From contig CAVTJJ010000004.1 in the NCBI GenBank assembly GCA_963735035.1, positions 480,001-544,000 of the forward strand: DNA of 64,000 nt. The letters run 5' to 3'. The DNA is from an uncultured candidate division Zixibacteria bacterium (GTDB taxonomy: Bacteria > Zixibacteria > MSB-5A5 > GN15 > FEB-12). The notes under the pieces were generated by a model. The model saw only the letters and a list, made by a program, of their open reading frames with translations, was not told the origin of the DNA and did not search any database. Below, in pieces: positions 52,127 to 62,287 of the stretch; within the stretch, counting starts at the first letter, position 1, and each line of letters begins with the position of its first letter. A program made the position numbers and the translations under genes.

Positions 52127-52602
52127 GCCGGGGGGTATTTTTTTGTGGAACATATATCGATATATGTGCATATATGCATATAGGCAATGGAATGATGCCG
52201 GACGAAAGAACACCGGCTGAATATATATGACCGGACAACCCCGGTGGCCCACTCGCTTGCGGGTGGGATGAAGCAAAGTGAAAGAATAACATCGCGACTG
52301 GCTTAGAAAGGAGCCCCAACTATGCGTTACAGAATTCCGCGCGTGGCTCATTGCTGCAGCGGCAGTATGTGAGCGTCCCGGGCACGACGTTAAACGGCCT
52401 CTTGATGTAACGTTTTTTGCCCCTCTGCCGAACCCGCTATCGGCGGAGGGGTCTTTGTTTGGTGGCGCTTTCTGTTCTTGTAGGTCGGCGTTTCAGAGGT
52501 TCGAGCGTAGCGAGAGACGATGAAACCCGACATCTGTCTGTCTCCAGCGAACCCACAGCAAGCTGTGGGGTACCGGAATAAGATGGCCACCCGCTCTATA
52601 GT

Positions 52603-53076
52603 TTACTTGCGGAGCTTCTTGCCGGTTGCTAGGAAATGGTTCATCGACATCTCCCAGAACGCCATGGACGAGTTGAATGCTTCTTCCGTGTACGAATCCA
52701 AGAAGTCATTTCCCTCCGGACTTAAGCCGGTATATGTGTACGCGATATCCACGTATGAACTGACTTCGTCTTTCGGTTCGACGGTGATGTTCAGAACACT
52801 GGCGCGCGAACCAGGGGTAACCCGTGCGAATTCAACTTCATTCGCGACAGAATCATGCTTGGTGACGATCCAGATCGTATCTGGTTCACCGGCATACGGG
52901 GTACTGAAGACCGCACCTGGCTCCGCTACGCCCGATTTGGAAAAGAGCATCTGGTAGTCCCACTCATCCAGCCACTCGGCTTCGCGCACGGGACAAAGCA
53001 GGGGGAAGATTACGTTTGGCGTAGCCATGATTGTTTGGCGGAATTGCCGCTTGATGCGTTTGGCCTTGAATTGCAT
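52603..53076 (-). CDS. Hypothetical protein (SRPBCC/START-like)
   Basis: FPLLCPVREAEW motif; AAGGAG RBS. Confidence 0.75.
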   Translation of the reverse strand: MQFKAKRIKRQFRQTIMATPNVIFPLLCPVREAEWLDEWDYQMLFSKSGVAEPGAVFSTPYAGEPDTIWIVTKHDSVANEVEFARVTPGSRASVLNITVEPKDEVSSYVDIAYTYTGLSPEGNDFLDSYTEEAFNSSMAFWEMSMNHFLATGKKLRK

Positions 53077-53376
53077 TGTTAGCTCCTTTATCTACAGAGT
53101 ACTTGCGTGTCGGCGCAGCCGAACTGTCTGCGATCCACTGCTCGAAGAATCCCACCCGCTGGACGGGGTACCAGACCGGAATAAGCAATATGAGGACGTC
53201 TGTTCATAGCGGATGAACCCACAGCAAGCTGTGGGCTACCAAGGCTTGAAAGCGGCAGACCAGGAGTCCTGCCGCAACAACGAGGGCGGGTTCCAGTCGT
53301 CCCGCCCTCGCTGCATACGGGGCAGAGCAGGAGGTCTACCGCCCACAACGAACGTGGTTGTTCGTGCTACATAATA

Positions 53377-54009
53377 CTAGCGCACGAGGCAGCCAAGCAA
53401 TTCCGGCGCGTCGGGCAGTTTCTTGCCGGCGACACTCGCTTCGAACGCGACCTGCAAGTAAGTCGTGCCGACATTGTCACCCGCAGTTCCAGGGAACTTG
53501 TCTGCCGGTCCGCACCAGATGAGCTTGCCATTCGGATCAATCAAACATAGCGTCGGAACTTTGGTCACTTGATAGAGGCGGCTGGTTTGTCCACCGTAAT
53601 CAAGCAGGCAGTCTGCGGCGACGGATTTCTCTTTCGCCAGACGCGTGCGCAGTTCTCGCATGGCATCTTTGCTGTACGAGCCGGCTTCCGGAGACAAAAC
53701 CGACAACCATACCGCCCCGTGATCACGGAACCAGGTCTGCATCTTCGGTGTGAGCCCGGATTTGTAACCGGCCTTGACTTCGGCGCAGTCGAAATCGGTC
53801 CATTCGAGTACGACATACTTGCCGGCGAAATCGGCCAGTGTCCGAGGCACACCGCCGACCCCGTTCAGCACAAACGATGGCGCCACAGTTCCGCTTTGCA
53901 CGGTCGAAGAGCTGTTGTCGGTGTTCTGATTCGCAAAAACGTCACCATGAATGAAAAATGTGGCCAACAGGAGGGCCAGCCCGATCAACATAACCTTAGA
54001 TTTCAACAT
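53377..54009 (-). CDS. Exported redoxin/thioredoxin-like protein
   Basis: Signal peptide; APSFVL, GKYVVLEW, IDPNGKL, GC tail. Confidence 0.8.
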   Translation of the reverse strand: MLKSKVMLIGLALLLATFFIHGDVFANQNTDNSSSTVQSGTVAPSFVLNGVGGVPRTLADFAGKYVVLEWTDFDCAEVKAGYKSGLTPKMQTWFRDHGAVWLSVLSPEAGSYSKDAMRELRTRLAKEKSVAADCLLDYGGQTSRLYQVTKVPTLCLIDPNGKLIWCGPADKFPGTAGDNVGTTYLQVAFEASVAGKKLPDAPELLGCLVR

Positions 54010-54256
54010 ATTATCTATCTCCCTGCCCGCCTGGTATTTCCGCGACTGACCGGCGAGCATGCGATCAGCGCGGCTGGATTCAACGTCGATTATGGGTATT
54101 GAACGGCGTTTCAGTACTTGCGTTGCATGAATTGATTTGGTACTATTGATAAGCTGAGCTAATGGTACTGAATTGACCTAGTGACAATGAAACGTCACGT
54201 TCAGCTCGAATTCACATAGTGACAATAGTATTGGACGATCTTATCGAGAGGTTCGA

Positions 54257-55144
54257 ATGGAACTGAGACATTTCCGACTGATCAAGACCGTGGTCGATGA
54301 GGGCAGCATGTCGAAGGCGGCCGGTAAGCTCTTCCTGACCCAACCGGCTTTGAGTCATCAGTTACGAGAGCTCGAAGAGGAACTGGGGGTCACGCTGTTC
54401 CATCGCGTCAGACGGCATCTGGTTCTCACGGAAGCCGGTCAGCGCGTTCTGGAATCGGCGAACTCAATCATCACTGAGATTGACCGCGTCAAGGATGAGA
54501 TGAAACAGGTGGCGTCGGGCAAAGGGGGCAAGCTTCGTTTTGCCAGTTGTTGTTTTACCTGCTATCACTTCCTGCCGTCGTTGATAAAGTCTTTCCGCCG
54601 GGCGTTTCCGGATGTGGACATAGTGTTCAACAGCTCCGCTACGATGGACCCGATGGGTTACCTCAATAGGGGCGAACTCGACGTGGTCCTGACTACCGAG
54701 CGTCACCCGGCGCCGGGCTTGACATACACCAAGGTTCGCGACGACGAACTACTCGCGGTGATTCCGGCCAACCACCCCTGGCGCGCCAAAGACTACGTAG
54801 TCGCCAAAGACTTTGCCGACCAGGACCTGATATCGTTTGACGCCCCCGATGAGACTTCCACGTTCTTTGTGAAGATACTTACCCCGTCAGGTGTGAAGCC
54901 GAGAACGGCCACGAAACTTCCCGCGATTGACAGTATGATTCAAATAGTGTCTTCAGGGCTAGGTGTGGCGGTGATTGGCCAGTGGTCGCTGGAGCAATTT
55001 CGCAGCAACCGAAACATTGCGACCGTCAGTCTGGGGCCCAAAGGTTTATGGCAAACCTGGTATGCGGTGACGCTCCGGACGAAGAGCCAACCGATCTATA
55101 TCAAGCGTTTCGTAGAACTGCTTAGTGCCAAGACGGATGGATAG
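54257..55144 (+). CDS. LysR family transcriptional regulator
   Basis: MELRHFR...SKAAGKLFLTQPALSHQLRELEEELG HTH; divergent from the redoxin gene. Confidence 0.95.
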   Translation: MELRHFRLIKTVVDEGSMSKAAGKLFLTQPALSHQLRELEEELGVTLFHRVRRHLVLTEAGQRVLESANSIITEIDRVKDEMKQVASGKGGKLRFASCCFTCYHFLPSLIKSFRRAFPDVDIVFNSSATMDPMGYLNRGELDVVLTTERHPAPGLTYTKVRDDELLAVIPANHPWRAKDYVVAKDFADQDLISFDAPDETSTFFVKILTPSGVKPRTATKLPAIDSMIQIVSSGLGVAVIGQWSLEQFRSNRNIATVSLGPKGLWQTWYAVTLRTKSQPIYIKRFVELLSAKTDG

Positions 55145-55493
55145 CGCGGGGGAGTGTTGCGTTAACCGGCAGATGTGGACATCTGCCGGGCACGTAATGG
55201 CTCCATCAGGCAGAGGTGGGTCCGCCGAGGCGGGCCCGGCACGTAATTGCTCCATGAGGCAGATGTGGGCTCATTGCGGCGGGTCGGGGTACAGTGCCTA
55301 CGACAAGATGGAAGTCAGATTCGGGGAACTCTGGGTCGAGAAACCTGTTGACCAAACGACTATTTTGGGCTACTTTTCAGGCCAATAACGGGTTTTTGGC
55401 GCCCTGTCAGTTAGATGCGATGTCAGGCGGCCACCTCATGCAGGACTCCCCGGTGCAACCTGACATTTCTTTAACTGTTTAAGGGGTAGCAAC

Positions 55494-56021
55494 ATGAGTG
55501 GCACTAACGGTTCGGTAATCAATCGGAATGTTCTGATGCTCAATCAGAACTATGAGCCGCTGACAGTTTGCTCAGCGCGACGGGCCATTGTGCTTCTTTT
55601 CCAGGGTAAGGCGGAGATGGTGGCGACGGCCGACGGGATTCGGGTCCACACAATTGCCGATTCCTACGCCCTTCCGTCGGTGGTCCGGCTGGCTGAATAC
55701 CGCCGGGTGCCGTTCCGTTATATCATGCTCACCCGCAAGAATATTATTCTTCGCGACGGTCACCGGTGCCAGTATTGCGGGACGACCCGTGGCTCTATGA
55801 CGATTGACCACGTGGTTCCTCGTAAACTTCACGGGGCCGACACCTGGGAAAACATGGTCTCGGCCTGCATTAAGTGCAATAACCACAAGAGTGACCGGAC
55901 CCCTGAGCAGGCCGGAATGAAGCTGGTTAAGAAGCCGACCCGGCCGTCCCATATCACTTTTATCCAGCGCCACTTGGGGGACAACGACGCTCGCTGGCGC
56001 CCCTACCTCTTCATGGATTAA
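55494..56021 (+). CDS. HNH endonuclease (McrA-like)
   Basis: VLMLNQNYEP, PSVVRL, RDGHRCQYCG, TIDHVVP, WENMVSACIKCN. Confidence 0.92.
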   Translation: MSGTNGSVINRNVLMLNQNYEPLTVCSARRAIVLLFQGKAEMVATADGIRVHTIADSYALPSVVRLAEYRRVPFRYIMLTRKNIILRDGHRCQYCGTTRGSMTIDHVVPRKLHGADTWENMVSACIKCNNHKSDRTPEQAGMKLVKKPTRPSHITFIQRHLGDNDARWRPYLFMD

Positions 56022-56033
56022 ACGCCTCCCAAG

Positions 56034-56212
56034 GGAGCGTTGAAAAGTCCCTTCCCCGTCATCGCGAGCCTCGAACGCGCTTCGCGGGCGAGGCGTGGCG
56101 ATCTCAAATTACGCTGCCACAACTAACTTGAGATTGCCGCGCTACGCTGTCCCGCCTGGCGGCGGGCCATCTCCGCTCGCAATGACGATTAGACAGACTT
56201 TTTCAATAGCCC
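56034..56212. mobile_element. MITE-like element with terminal inverted repeats
   Basis: TTGAAAAGTC (56040-56049) / GACTTTTTCAA (56196-56206), flanking CCCAAG direct repeat, internal palindromic repeat. Confidence 0.5.
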
Positions 56213-56358
56213 CCCAAGCAACGGTTTCCGGGAAACTTGATCGCAGTCATCGCGTTTCAATTTGCGTACAACCACCAATGGTCCTATTATGCACGGCTGA
56301 AGAGCGCCTTGGTTTGTACCAAGGCAGCGATGGATTGACGGCTTAAGGAGTATGGAAT

Positions 56359-58734
56359 TTGAGTCCTGAAATAATCGGTCAACTGGCGATACTGCTGGCG
56401 CTTACCGCGAATGTTCTGGCCGGGGCGACTTTCTATTTGGTCGCTCGCGGGCGTGACGATTTGAAATCACTGGCTACGCGAGCTTATTTTGCCTTTTTCG
56501 GCTTCACGACTCTCGCGGTGATCTATCTGTTCTATTTGTTCTTCACCCACAACTACGCTTTCAAATACATTTACGAATATTCCCAGAAGTCACAGCCGTT
56601 CTTCTACATCCTGTCGGCCTTTTGGGGCGGGCAAGAAGGAACTTACCTGCTCTGGTTGTTCCTCTGCGCTATCTGGGGTTTGTTGCTGTTGCGGCTGGCC
56701 GGTAGGTACCAGGCGTACGCCATGGCGATCTATTCGCTCGTTAACCTATTCCTGCTGGTGCTGCTGGTAAAGCTTTCGCCGTTCGCGCTTCTTCCGACCG
56801 CGGCTCCCGACGGCATGGGGCTCAACCCGCTCCTGCAGGACCCGTGGATGGTCATCCATCCGCCGATCATGTTTGTCGGATTTTCTGCGGCGGCGGTTCC
56901 GTTTGCACTGGCGATGGCGGCGATGCTTAAGAACGACTATACCGAATGGGTGCGGCGGGCCTTTCCGTGGGTAGCGACTTCGGCGTTGTTCCTCGGCATG
57001 GGCAACGTCATGGGCGGCTACTGGGCGTACAAGACTCTCGGGTGGGGGGGATACTGGGCGTGGGACCCGGTCGAAAATACCTCGCTGGTACCCTGGCTGA
57101 CTTCGCTTGGGCTGATACACGGCCTGATAATCGAACGACGAAGTGGAGCGCTCCGCAAGAGCAACCTGATGCTGGCCGCGTTCCTGTTCATGCAGGTCGT
57201 TTACGGAACTTTTCTAACGCGTAGCGGCGTACTGGCCGATTTCTCGGTGCACAGCTTCACCGATCTGGGCATCAATGTCAACCTTATCGTCTTCATGACG
57301 TTATTTGCGGTCGTAACCCTTGGGATTTTCATCTGGCGGGCGCGGGGCATCCAGTCAGCGCCGATCGACTATAACTTCTTCGGTAAGGAATTCTCACTGG
57401 TCGCGTCGGTGGCGGTGCTGTTCGTTTTCTCGCTGATCGTCCTGTTCTGGTCATCGCTGCCGATTCTCTCCGGCTGGTTTGCGGATAAACCTCGGGCAGC
57501 CGAGATCGCCACGTACAACAGCTTTGCGATTCCATTGTCGATCGTGATGGCGTTTCTGATCAGTGTGGCGCCGTCGGCGAAATTCTCCGGCTTCAAACTC
57601 GAGAACGGTCTCAAGAAGAGTCTGATCGTGCTGGGCGCCTGCTTTGTGGTCGGACTCGGTCTGTTCTTTCTGCTGCTGGATACCGGACTGGTATTCGCCA
57701 TTCTTTTCAGCCTCGTAGTCGGAGCGGCGATAATGTACCTGTTCAATCCGGAGTTCCGTCGGCCGATGGTCCCCGCGCTAGTGGTCTTCCTGTTGGCGAT
57801 ATTGGTCTCGTTGCTGGCGGGCGTGACGGATTATCTGATCCTGCTTTTCTATGCTACTGCGGCCATGGCAGTGGTGTCCAACGTGATCTCGCTGTCGGCC
57901 TATCTGCCGGATAGGGTCAAGTCATGCGGCGCGCCGCTGACCCATTTCGGTTTCGGAATAATGCTCATCGGCATCATGGCGTCATCGGCATCAGATTCGA
58001 GCGACCGATTGACGATTGAGCAGGGGCAGACAAAGACTTCTTCACTTTTCAATGTCACAGTCGGATACAACGGGATGGCCAATTCTATCGATCAGCCACA
58101 CAATGAGCTCTTGTTGTCGCTCGACGAAGGCTCAGGCGCGCACGAAGTCCGGCCGGAGTTGTATTATTCGCAACGGCTCGACGGCATCATGCGCAAGCCG
58201 TATATCAGCCGCTCCCTTGCCTATGACCTCTATCTGGCGCCGATGCAGGTCGAGGAAGAAAAGGGTGGCGAGGGCCTGACTCTCAAGAAAGGCGAGCCGA
58301 CCCAGCAGGGTGATTTGACGTTTACCCTGGAGGGCTTTGAAACCGGCGGCCACGGTGGTATGGGTGGCGCCGGTATGAGTGTTATGGCGCATATCACGGT
58401 GGCACGCGGCGACGAAGTTCAGACTATCTCTCCGAAACTAGTTGAAGGAATGGCCGAAACCGGGGGCACAATCATAGCCGAGCCGGTCGAACTAACTCTG
58501 GGCGGTCAGAAATATCAGGCGGCCATTCAGCAAATTGTCGCCGACCAGGGGATTGTCGTCCTCGACATTCCGGAGTTGATGCCGGGAATGTCTCCGGCGA
58601 AGCTGATTTTGGATATATCGCGCAAGCCGATGATTACGTTGGTGTGGATCGGCACTACTTTGATAATCCTCGGTTCGTTGATAGTGCTGTACCGTCGCGG
58701 GAAGGAAATGCCGGGGCTGGAAAGCTCCAATTAG
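56359..58734 (+). CDS. ccmF: Cytochrome c biogenesis heme lyase CcmF
   Basis: WGGQEG, LNPLLQ, HPP, WGGYWAWDPVEN (WWD domain), SVHSF. Confidence 0.93.
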   Translation: MSPEIIGQLAILLALTANVLAGATFYLVARGRDDLKSLATRAYFAFFGFTTLAVIYLFYLFFTHNYAFKYIYEYSQKSQPFFYILSAFWGGQEGTYLLWLFLCAIWGLLLLRLAGRYQAYAMAIYSLVNLFLLVLLVKLSPFALLPTAAPDGMGLNPLLQDPWMVIHPPIMFVGFSAAAVPFALAMAAMLKNDYTEWVRRAFPWVATSALFLGMGNVMGGYWAYKTLGWGGYWAWDPVENTSLVPWLTSLGLIHGLIIERRSGALRKSNLMLAAFLFMQVVYGTFLTRSGVLADFSVHSFTDLGINVNLIVFMTLFAVVTLGIFIWRARGIQSAPIDYNFFGKEFSLVASVAVLFVFSLIVLFWSSLPILSGWFADKPRAAEIATYNSFAIPLSIVMAFLISVAPSAKFSGFKLENGLKKSLIVLGACFVVGLGLFFLLLDTGLVFAILFSLVVGAAIMYLFNPEFRRPMVPALVVFLLAILVSLLAGVTDYLILLFYATAAMAVVSNVISLSAYLPDRVKSCGAPLTHFGFGIMLIGIMASSASDSSDRLTIEQGQTKTSSLFNVTVGYNGMANSIDQPHNELLLSLDEGSGAHEVRPELYYSQRLDGIMRKPYISRSLAYDLYLAPMQVEEEKGGEGLTLKKGEPTQQGDLTFTLEGFETGGHGGMGGAGMSVMAHITVARGDEVQTISPKLVEGMAETGGTIIAEPVELTLGGQKYQAAIQQIVADQGIVVLDIPELMPGMSPAKLILDISRKPMITLVWIGTTLIILGSLIVLYRRGKEMPGLESSN

Positions 58735-59020
58735 ATACGTTCGTGGGGCACACGGGGAGCTGAGCCGCCCGCAATGGTTTAGCCGGGGATTCTACGGATG
58801 GTCAACTTGCCGGTGGACAGAGATGTCCACCAGCAACCTGTTGCTGAATAATCTCTTGCCGATGTTCTTGGCTGTCCTCATGATAAGTCTTTGGTGAAGC
58901 TCGAGTGGACGCTCCCCGATTGACGGCTTGTTGTCAACGGTGCCCAAAAATCGACATCGCGACGACCCCGTCTTAACCTATATTGGGATGTCTGTTGATC
59001 GTGGTTAGGACTGTTCTGGA

Positions 59021-60205
59021 ATGACACAAGAAATACTCCACAAACTTCAGGAACGAATAAAGGAGTTGAGTGCACTGCATCAGACTGCAAGAATCATACA
59101 GGCGGTCGATAAGTCTCCTCAGGAAGTAATCCAACAGATTGTAAATGTGGTGCCGTCTGCCTGGCAATATCCCGCAGTTACAGAGGCTCACATACAGTTC
59201 CAGCAATGGACCTCCAGCACCAAAGACTTCAGGGTCACTCCCTGGATTCAAAGTGCTCGAATTGCAGTTCGGGGCGAGCAGCAGGGACTTATCCAGGTCG
59301 CCTACACTGAGGAACGCCCGACATCCGACGAAGGTCCTTTCTTAAGGGAAGAGCGGGACTTGATAGATTCTCTGGCGGAAATGCTTCGCTCCTACTTCCA
59401 GCACCTGATCGCCGACGAGGAACTCCTGAAAGCGCACAGTTCACTCGAACGCCAGGTAAAAGAGCGAACCGAGGAGCTTGCAAACGCAAACGAGCAGCTC
59501 TCGCGAAGAATAGAGGAATACGCAGTCGCGCAGTCTCGAATTGAGCGGTATCAATTGCAGCTCCGGCAGCTAGCCTCGCAGCTTGCAGTGGTGGAGGCGC
59601 GAGAACGTCGTGTAATTGCCACCGACCTTCACGATCACATAGGGCAGGCGCTGGCTTTTATAAAGATGAACATCGCGCAATTGCAGTCTAACGCTACCTT
59701 CTGTGGCTTCGAAGGCGAAATTGCCGAGACACTGGCGCTGCTCAACCAGACGATACGGTACACCCGTGACCTGACTTCTCAAATCAGTCCGCCCGTGCTT
59801 TACGAACTGGGGTTGTCATCGGCGCTACGCTGGCTGGCCGAGAACTATCAGACCAAGCACAAGATAATCGTGAAGGTGGAAGCGCCGACCCCACACCGGC
59901 GACTGGACGACGAGATCTGTGCGACGGTTTTCAAAGCGATCCAGGAGCTTATGACCAACGTGGTCAAACATGCCGCGGCGCAGTCGATTCTTGTTCGGCT
60001 CGAGATTTCTGCGAACGGGCTTTGTGTCGAAGTAAGCGACAATGGTTCCGGTTTCGACGTCAAGAAACTGGACACGGCCGAATCGCTCGGCGACCATTTC
60101 GGGCTGTTCAGTATTCGCGAGCAAATCACTTTCCTGGGTGGAGCAACCGCGATCGTATCGTCGCCCGGCCGGGGAACGACGGTTACGCTGAAACTGCCGT
60201 GTTGA
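59021..60205 (+). CDS. Cytoplasmic sensor histidine kinase (HisKA_3 type)
   Basis: ERRVIATDLHDHIGQ, QELMTNVVKHA, DNGSGF, FGLFSIRE, PGRGT. Confidence 0.93.
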   Translation: MTQEILHKLQERIKELSALHQTARIIQAVDKSPQEVIQQIVNVVPSAWQYPAVTEAHIQFQQWTSSTKDFRVTPWIQSARIAVRGEQQGLIQVAYTEERPTSDEGPFLREERDLIDSLAEMLRSYFQHLIADEELLKAHSSLERQVKERTEELANANEQLSRRIEEYAVAQSRIERYQLQLRQLASQLAVVEARERRVIATDLHDHIGQALAFIKMNIAQLQSNATFCGFEGEIAETLALLNQTIRYTRDLTSQISPPVLYELGLSSALRWLAENYQTKHKIIVKVEAPTPHRRLDDEICATVFKAIQELMTNVVKHAAAQSILVRLEISANGLCVEVSDNGSGFDVKKLDTAESLGDHFGLFSIREQITFLGGATAIVSSPGRGTTVTLKLPC

Positions 60206-60221
60206 GAAAGGTCTCAGTACT

Positions 60222-60872
60222 ATGAAAATTCGCGTGATGCTAGCCGATGACCATCGTCTCTTTCGTGACGGACTTCGCACCCTGCTTGAACAGCAGGCGG
60301 ATGTAGAAGTAGTCGGAGTGGCGGTTGACGGCCAGTCCGCACTTGGCCAGGTTAGTATCTGCCGCCCGAATGTAGTTCTCATGGACGTATCCATGCCGGG
60401 GCTCAACGGCCTTGAGGCCACGCGTCACTTGCGGACCGAGCATCCGGAGGTAGCCGTCCTTATGCTCTCGATGCATGCCGATCACCGGTTTGTCGTTGAG
60501 GCACTCAGGGCGGGGGCGCTGGGTTACGTACTTAAGGACTGCGAAATTGCAGAATTGCGGGAGGCGATCCGCGCCGTGTTCAAACGCCAGATCTTCCTCT
60601 CACATTCGATTGCCGAAGGTGTCGTTCGCGAATACCTGGCGCTAACCGATGATCTCCCTAATTCCGCCTTCTCGGTGCTGAGCGCGCGCGAACGGGAGGT
60701 TCTGCAAATGCTCGCCGAGGGATGCAGCGCCAAGGACATCGCTGGGGCATTGCATATTGGGAACAAGACGGTCGAGACTCATCGCAAAAACATCATGGAC
60801 AAACTCAATATCCACAGTATCGCCGAACTAACCAAGTACGCTATCCGCGAGGGTCTGACCCACCTCGAATGA
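60222..60872 (+). CDS. NarL/LuxR family response regulator
   Basis: ADDH, MDVSMP, LSAREREVL, KTVETHR. Confidence 0.95.
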   Translation: MKIRVMLADDHRLFRDGLRTLLEQQADVEVVGVAVDGQSALGQVSICRPNVVLMDVSMPGLNGLEATRHLRTEHPEVAVLMLSMHADHRFVVEALRAGALGYVLKDCEIAELREAIRAVFKRQIFLSHSIAEGVVREYLALTDDLPNSAFSVLSAREREVLQMLAEGCSAKDIAGALHIGNKTVETHRKNIMDKLNIHSIAELTKYAIREGLTHLE

Positions 60873-61035
60873 GCGGGAGCACAAGCTTCTCTACAGATAT
60901 GTTGTCGGGTGGGCCTAAGGAATTGCGCAGCAATTTCTAAGGGCTGGCCCGATTGTCTATTGTTGCCCGAATGTACTACGTTGGGGGGACGCGATGTGGC
61001 TTGTAGGTGGTTTTTGACGATTTAGGAGGCTGCAA

Positions 61036-62253
61036 ATGTTCGATTCCGGCAACACCGGTTTCATGCTCGTAGCGACCAGTCTGGTCATGCTCATGACACC
61101 GGGATTGGCTTTCTTCTACGGAGGTCTGGTTGGTCGCAAGAACGTGCTCACGATCATGATCCAGAGCTTCGTTTCCATGGGTGTAACTACCATCATATGG
61201 TGGGCATACGGATATTCGCTATGTTTCAGCGGCGGTGAGGGGGGTATAATCGGTAATCTGGATAAGGCGTTCCTGGCAGGGGTGACTCTGACAACCGTGT
61301 CGCCGTTCGGCACCGGGAACATTCCGGAGTTCGTATTTATGGCGTATCAGATGATGTTCGCCATCATCACACCGGCGCTAATAACCGGCGCTTTTGCGAA
61401 TCGAGTGCGGTTTGGCGCCTATCTGATGTTTCTGTTCGGTTGGCTCACCCTGGTCTATTTCCCGTTCGTACATATGATCTGGGGGAACGGTCTCCTGGCC
61501 AAGTGGGGGGTTCTGGATTTTGCCGGCGGGATTGTGGTGCACAACATTGCCGGGATGGCAGCTCTGGCGTCAGTGTTGTATGTGGGTAGGCGGAAAGTTG
61601 GCGACAGTGTTCCGCATAGCATTCCGCTGGTGGCGCTCGGTACCGGCCTTCTCTGGTTTGGTTGGTATGGTTTTAACGCCGGCAGTGAATTGAAAGTTGA
61701 TGCTGTCACCGGTGTGGCCTTTCTCAATACCGACATCGCGGCCTCTTTCGCTGGACCGGTCTGGATGCTTCTAGCCTGGATATTCGAGCGGAAACCGAAA
61801 TTCCTGGGTCTTCTGACTGGCGCAGTAGCTGGCCTGGCCACCATAACTCCCTGCGCCGGGTACGTAACCCCGACCTCGGCGGCGATCATCGGCATAGTCG
61901 CGGGCACCGTGTGCTATTTCGCCGTCAACCTCAAGAATTGGCTGAAATGGGATGACGCCCTGGACGTCTGGGGTGTGCACGGAGTCGGCGGCGCTCTGGG
62001 GATCATCTTGCTGGGCCTTATGGCAAGTACTGCGGTCAATAGCGCCGGCGCCGACGGATTATTCCATGGCAACAGCAGCTTCTTCATGAAGCAACTGCTG
62101 ACCGTGATCGGTTCGTCGATCTATGCTTTCGGATTCACCTTTGCCATGCTTTGGATAATCAATAAGTTCACAAGAGTCAGGACCACCGAGGACGAGGAGG
62201 AGCGTGGACTGGATGACTCTCTACACGGCGAAACGGCATACGATTCGGTTTAG
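61036..62253 (+). CDS. amt: Ammonium transporter
   Basis: PGLAFFYGG, DFAGGIVVH, WFGWYGFN, DDALDVWGVHG twin-His motifs. Confidence 0.96.
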   Translation: MFDSGNTGFMLVATSLVMLMTPGLAFFYGGLVGRKNVLTIMIQSFVSMGVTTIIWWAYGYSLCFSGGEGGIIGNLDKAFLAGVTLTTVSPFGTGNIPEFVFMAYQMMFAIITPALITGAFANRVRFGAYLMFLFGWLTLVYFPFVHMIWGNGLLAKWGVLDFAGGIVVHNIAGMAALASVLYVGRRKVGDSVPHSIPLVALGTGLLWFGWYGFNAGSELKVDAVTGVAFLNTDIAASFAGPVWMLLAWIFERKPKFLGLLTGAVAGLATITPCAGYVTPTSAAIIGIVAGTVCYFAVNLKNWLKWDDALDVWGVHGVGGALGIILLGLMASTAVNSAGADGLFHGNSSFFMKQLLTVIGSSIYAFGFTFAMLWIINKFTRVRTTEDEEERGLDDSLHGETAYDSV

Positions 62254-62287
62254 GCTCATTATTCTTATTCACAGGAGTACGGTAAAT

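Noticed and set aside
55494..56021. HNH gene as an IscB/Cas9-like or homing system
   Set aside because: Short stand-alone McrA-like protein with no RuvC motifs, array or intron context
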